This document shows positions 14,738 through 18,622 of a DNA stretch of 18,622 nucleotides, piece after piece. The notes below the pieces were generated by a model. It was not told the DNA's origin. It saw only the letters and a list, made by a program, of their open reading frames with translations, and did no database searches. Source of the stretch: Candidatus Undinarchaeota archaeon (GTDB taxonomy: Archaea; SpSt-1190); NCBI GenBank assembly GCA_964549355.1, contig CAZJUS010000015.1, positions 1 to 18,622 of the forward strand. The letters run 5' to 3'. Both the position numbers and the translations under genes were made by a program. Position 1 is the stretch's first letter. Every line of letters begins with the position of its first letter.

Positions 14738-16092
14738 GTGCCCTTTGCGATTTTTCTGCATTCCAAGTAGAATCTCTTTTCCGACGCATCCCCCATTGAA
14801 AAAGTTTTTCGGGGCAGGGCCCCTTCACGGATGACCGTTGTGAATAAATCCTTCTTCGGCATCGGGGGGAGCAGAAATCCTACAGTATCCGGCCGGGAAG
14901 CGAGGGTGCGCACAACATCATCCCCATGGACATAGTCAAGGGTGGCGCCCGGATTCTCATCCAGGAAGCGGTCAAGGAATGCCTGCAGGGTTGCCACCTC
15001 CAGGGTCAGCCAGGGATTGGAAATCGACAAGGCGCGGACCCCATTCGGCGAAATCATTAAAATTTTGTGGACGCCTTCCTCCCGTGCCAACAGCGGACGC
15101 AGGTTTGCAGTCGATTCACAATTTTTGCATTCGAGAGTTGCTTGGTGCTCCTTCAAAAACCGGGTGAATTTTTTCAGGAGTTCGTCTGCGTTCACATTGA
15201 AAACCACTCTGTGAATGGGTTCAAACTTCAGCCCTTCATCGTAGATATTCACAAGCTCGACCAAGGCATACCGGGCAGGATGCTTCATTACCGCGTCCTT
15301 GTCGCTCGCATTTGACTTTATGTCTTCCCAAATTGCCTTTGCTGTTGCAAGTGAATGATTCCCGTCCCCCATTGCAAAAAGCAGCACCCCTTTGTTTTCC
15401 ACTCCGTATTTTTTGCGGAAGGCTGTGGCATCTGCCAGTTTTCTTAAGCCCCCGGCAACAGATGCCAAAGCATCAGGGTGGTTGATTTTGTATCCCCTTA
15501 TGTGGCCACCGCCCTGCATCAGTTCAAAATCGTAAATTTTTTCTTTCGGCACCTTTTCATCGAAAAGGGGTTCAATTACAGTTTTTTCAGGGTCGTCAAT
15601 GAGCACCATTATGTGGGACGTCTCCAAACACGCATTTTTTCTTATTTTTATGCGTGGCGGAAGCCTTTCCACTATGGTGCCTTCCGTCGCCCGAATCAAG
15701 GATTGCGACCCTTTGGAATAATCATATTTTTCGAGGTCCAAGGCAACCACCAACCCCTTGCGTGAAGAGGTATTGCAGGTCTGCCGGTCCACCAGAACAA
15801 AACACGCACCGTGCGAAACCAGAGTGCCGTCCTCGGCATATTTTTTCATAGCCCGGTGGATATTTTCAATGCGGGCGCTTGAGCCTTCTTCGTCTTTGAG
15901 GTACACTTCGGGGAATATGAGGCGCAGGGTTGAGGGGGCGGAGCCGACCAAAGCTTCCACCTCCTTCCAGTATTCAGGTTCTGAGGTGTATTGGTCGCAG
16001 GCAACAACCGCCCACCGGGCCATATCAACTTTTTTGCTGGGAAGCAGAATTGTTGGCGTTTTTATTCCGAGTGCTTCAAAATCGATTTCCAT
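14719..16092 (-). CDS. DUF1015 family protein
   Basis: WAVVACDQYTS, LIRATEGT..ERLPPR, YDFELMQGGGHI, LFAMGDGNHSLATAK, FEPIHRV, DYVHG and GALPRKTFSMG..EKRFYLECR. GGAGGT directly upstream of the ATG. Confidence 0.92.
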   Translation of the reverse strand: MEIDFEALGIKTPTILLPSKKVDMARWAVVACDQYTSEPEYWKEVEALVGSAPSTLRLIFPEVYLKDEEGSSARIENIHRAMKKYAEDGTLVSHGACFVLVDRQTCNTSSRKGLVVALDLEKYDYSKGSQSLIRATEGTIVERLPPRIKIRKNACLETSHIMVLIDDPEKTVIEPLFDEKVPKEKIYDFELMQGGGHIRGYKINHPDALASVAGGLRKLADATAFRKKYGVENKGVLLFAMGDGNHSLATAKAIWEDIKSNASDKDAVMKHPARYALVELVNIYDEGLKFEPIHRVVFNVNADELLKKFTRFLKEHQATLECKNCESTANLRPLLAREEGVHKILMISPNGVRALSISNPWLTLEVATLQAFLDRFLDENPGATLDYVHGDDVVRTLASRPDTVGFLLPPMPKKDLFTTVIREGALPRKTFSMGDASEKRFYLECRKIAKGTNLGEG

Positions 16093-16140
16093 ACCTCCCG
16101 TCCACCCCTTTGCTTAAAACTTTTGCCAAACTGCAGGGCT

Positions 16141-16272
16141 TCATTCCAGCCCCAGCTCCTCCTTGATTTTTTCCTCTATGTCTTTGTAGGGGCGGTTGTA
16201 TTCCAGGAATTCCGCGGATTCCACTGCATCGCCGGGGCAGTAAGGCACCTGCTGAAAATATTTCATTTCCAT
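16141..16272 (-). CDS. Small acidic hypothetical protein (43 aa)
   Basis: Manual translation MEMKYFQQVPYCPGDAVESAEFLEYNRPYKDIEEKIKEELGLE*. A GAGGTG SD ends 5 nt before the ATG. Co-oriented with both neighbours; below the ORF-track cutoff. Confidence 0.6.
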   Translation of the reverse strand: MEMKYFQQVPYCPGDAVESAEFLEYNRPYKDIEEKIKEELGLE

Positions 16273-16351
16273 CCCCACACCTCGCAGAAAGTTTCCCAGC
16301 GTTTTGGATATTTAAGTGGAGCGGTTGGGCCTCAGAAATACGCCAAAAATG

Positions 16352-16657
16352 TTAATGCTTGTTGGCGCGCTCCAAAGTCCATTCCAGTGCCAGCTTTTTC
16401 TTCTGCTCTGCGGATTTCCTCTTAATCTCCCTTTCGAGCCGGAATCTGTCCTCCGTGGCCCTCCACCCCAGGAGCCGGAAGCTCCTGCCCCTACCACACC
16501 AGGTCCGCCTGTTCTGCGTTTCGACCTCCCTGATGTGCTCTGCCACCCTCTCGTGAATCGGCCGGCCGGTCATACCCACGTAAAGCTTGACCGACCCGTC
16601 AGGTCTGACTGATTCAGCAATATAAACAAAGCCGGCGCGGGACTTTCGGGTGGCCAT
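16352..16657 (-). CDS. Stand-alone GIY-YIG nuclease family protein (UPF0213/YhbQ-like)
   Basis: GFVYI...LYVGMT, RVAEH and LEREIKRKS..QK..L follow the GIY-YIG/YhbQ pattern (Y, YxG, R..H, E). Confidence 0.85.
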   Translation of the reverse strand: MATRKSRAGFVYIAESVRPDGSVKLYVGMTGRPIHERVAEHIREVETQNRRTWCGRGRSFRLLGWRATEDRFRLEREIKRKSAEQKKKLALEWTLERANKH

Positions 16658-16687
16658 ACAAAACTTCTGATTCGTAATATATAACTA

Positions 16688-18622
16688 ATGCTCCTGCAAA
16701 ACTTTATCGTGGTTCTCCAGATAGCCCATGCCGAAGGCCTCAGCTCCGAGGACGCCCAGAAGCGTCTCAAGGAAGTCGGAAAAAACAGCATTACTGAAAG
16801 GGAGAGAGTATCAGGGGCGTCCATCTTTTTCCAGCAGTTTGAGGAGCCGATAATCCTCATTTTTATTGCAGCTGCAGTCATGTCCGCCTTCCTGGGAGAG
16901 GTGCTGGACTTCATAGTGATTGCCGTCATCACGCTCTTTATCGTCCTGCTCGGCTTTGTGCAGGAATTCAAAGCTGAGGATGCGCTCGAAAAGCTCAAAG
17001 AGATGAGCCTGCCCACTGCGAAAGTCCTCCGCGACGGCAAGATGAAAGAGGTGGATATGGAGCACATAGTCCCCGGCGACGTAGTGGTGCTCCACCCGGG
17101 GGACATGGTGCCTGCCGACTGCAGGGTGGTCGAGTCTTCGGCGTTCTTCATTGACGAGTCCATGCTTACGGGAGAATCCCTTCCAGTTGAGAAAGGGGAC
17201 TCTGCAGAAATTTACAGAGGCACCATAGTGGTGCGGGGCAACGCACGTGCCGTGGTGGAGAAGACGGGCATGCTTACAAAATTCGGAAGAATTGCACAGC
17301 TTCTCAACCGGGAGAGTGAAAGCAGCATCAAGAAAAAGTCAAAAGAGATTGCAACCATAGTCACCCGGATTGTCTTGTGGGCCAGCGGACTGACTGCAGT
17401 AGTCGGCCTGATACGCGGTTCGACCATAGTGGAGATGGTCTCAATTGCAATCGCAACCGCCATTGCAGGCATCCCGGAATCCCTTCCGCTCACAACTGCA
17501 GTGGTCCTGGCAATCGGAGTCTACGGCATGACCAAAAAAAATTCAATTGTCAGGAGGATGTCTGCAGTCGAAGAGCTCGGCTTGGTGACTTTCATATGCA
17601 CTGACAAAACAGGAACGCTGACCAAAAACCAGATGACTGTTGAGAAGATTTGGGCGGGCGGAAAAATATTCACAGTCACGGGGCTTGGCTATGATGTCAA
17701 GGGCAAAATTTTAAGCGACGGCAAGGAGGCAGGCAATCCCGACCTGGAAGCTCTGCTGATCGGCGGGGTCCTGTGCAACAACTCCGATATAATTGTGGTG
17801 GATGAAGTCACCAAAGTTGCCGGCGACCCGACAGAAATTGCACTCCTGGTTGCAGCCCGCAAGTACGGACTCAATGAGGATTTTGTCAGGGTCAAGTTCC
17901 CAAAGGTCGGAGAAATCCCTTTCAGCTCGAAGCGCAGATGCATGCTTACAATCCACACTGTTGAAGGTGGCGGGAAGCAGTCCATACTCAAAGGAGCTCT
18001 TGAAGTGGTCCTTGACAAGTGCTCGCATATCAGGATGGTCGGCCGCGACGTCCCCCTCACCGACCAGCTGAGGAAAGAAATCTGCAGTGCAGCGGACTCT
18101 ATGGCGGAGGAAGCCCTTAGGATTCTGGCAGTTGCATACAACCCGAATCCGGCGGGGAAGAAGCAGAAGAAAAGATTTGTCTTTGCAGGCTTCTACGCGA
18201 TGGAAGACCCGCCGAAAGAGGGGGTGAAGGAGGCGGTGGAGACTGCAAAACGCGCCGGCATCCGCGTGGCCATGATAACCGGCGACAACCCCAAGACCGC
18301 CCGCTCCATCGCAAGCAAAATTGGAATTGAGGGCGACACAATCACCGGGAAAGATTTTGACAAGCTCACAGACAAGCAGTTGAGGGACAAGCTGAAGACG
18401 GTCGGCATTTTTGCGCGCATAGACCCTGAGGACAAGCTCAGGATAGTGGAGGGCCTGCGGAAGCAGCACCATGTAGTTGCCATGGCGGGCGACGGAGTGA
18501 ATGATGCCCCCGCCCTCAAGGAGGCTGATGTCGGCGTAGCCATGGGCAGAAAAGGAACAGAAGTAGCCAAAGGGGCTTCAGACATAATTGTTGCCGACGA
18601 CGACTTTTCAACTTTGGTCGAG
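16688..18622 (+). CDS. Cation-transporting P-type ATPase (type II, Ca2+-ATPase-like), 3'-truncated by the window edge
   Basis: In one frame from ATG 16688: GLSSEDAQKRL, VPGDVV, VPADCR, DESMLTGES (TGES at 17168), GIPESLP (PESLP at 17474), DKTGTLT (17603), GDPTE, PFSSKRR, KGALE, MITGDN and GDGVNDAPAL (18488). Absent from the ORF track because no stop falls in the window. The start could instead be GTG 16709. Confidence 0.95.
   Translation, partial: MLLQNFIVVLQIAHAEGLSSEDAQKRLKEVGKNSITERERVSGASIFFQQFEEPIILIFIAAAVMSAFLGEVLDFIVIAVITLFIVLLGFVQEFKAEDALEKLKEMSLPTAKVLRDGKMKEVDMEHIVPGDVVVLHPGDMVPADCRVVESSAFFIDESMLTGESLPVEKGDSAEIYRGTIVVRGNARAVVEKTGMLTKFGRIAQLLNRESESSIKKKSKEIATIVTRIVLWASGLTAVVGLIRGSTIVEMVSIAIATAIAGIPESLPLTTAVVLAIGVYGMTKKNSIVRRMSAVEELGLVTFICTDKTGTLTKNQMTVEKIWAGGKIFTVTGLGYDVKGKILSDGKEAGNPDLEALLIGGVLCNNSDIIVVDEVTKVAGDPTEIALLVAARKYGLNEDFVRVKFPKVGEIPFSSKRRCMLTIHTVEGGGKQSILKGALEVVLDKCSHIRMVGRDVPLTDQLRKEICSAADSMAEEALRILAVAYNPNPAGKKQKKRFVFAGFYAMEDPPKEGVKEAVETAKRAGIRVAMITGDNPKTARSIASKIGIEGDTITGKDFDKLTDKQLRDKLKTVGIFARIDPEDKLRIVEGLRKQHHVVAMAGDGVNDAPALKEADVGVAMGRKGTEVAKGASDIIVADDDFSTLVE

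Noticed and set aside
14319..14828. ORFs with LTSRFAL / SKANLLV repeats and ORFs across tRNA-Ala
   Set aside because: They are translations of the 21-bp tandem repeat and the tRNA, and they overlap RNA features.
16570..18585. Several minus-strand ORFs (197, 93, 150, 253, 130 aa)
   Set aside because: They are antisense shadows of the P-type ATPase, whose motifs are all in one plus-strand frame.

Overview
Archaeal chromosomal window, probably from a DPANN-type lineage. This is inferred from TATA-like boxes about 25 nt before mostly leaderless starts, GAGGTG/GGAGGT Shine-Dalgarno (SD) sites inside operons, tRNAs without encoded CCA, and DUF4013/DpsL-type genes. Recognisable genes: rpiB, DUF362, DUF4013, DUF429, a K+-independent membrane pyrophosphatase (hppA), a DpsL ferritin, DUF1015, a small GIY-YIG nuclease, a 3'-truncated P-type ATPase, and three tRNAs (Ile-GAT, Cys-GCA, Ala-CGC). 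Two things stand out. (1) A tightly coupled four-gene minus-strand operon (11777->8359) encodes a catalytically degenerate RimK-like protein, an intact RimK-like ATP-grasp ligase, an N-formylglutamate-amidohydrolase-like metallohydrolase and a circularly permuted RimK-like ATP-grasp. Two transglutaminase-like genes lie near it, one on each side. It is a candidate undescribed peptide-tag or poly-amino-acid writer/eraser system. (2) A family of short palindromic repeat modules is shared between the flanks of tRNA-Ile and tRNA-Ala, 12 kb apart. Each of these tRNAs also has a degenerate upstream copy of itself, and an AT-rich islet plus a maf fragment lie beside tRNA-Ala. All family assignments come from motif recognition by eye; no searches were run.
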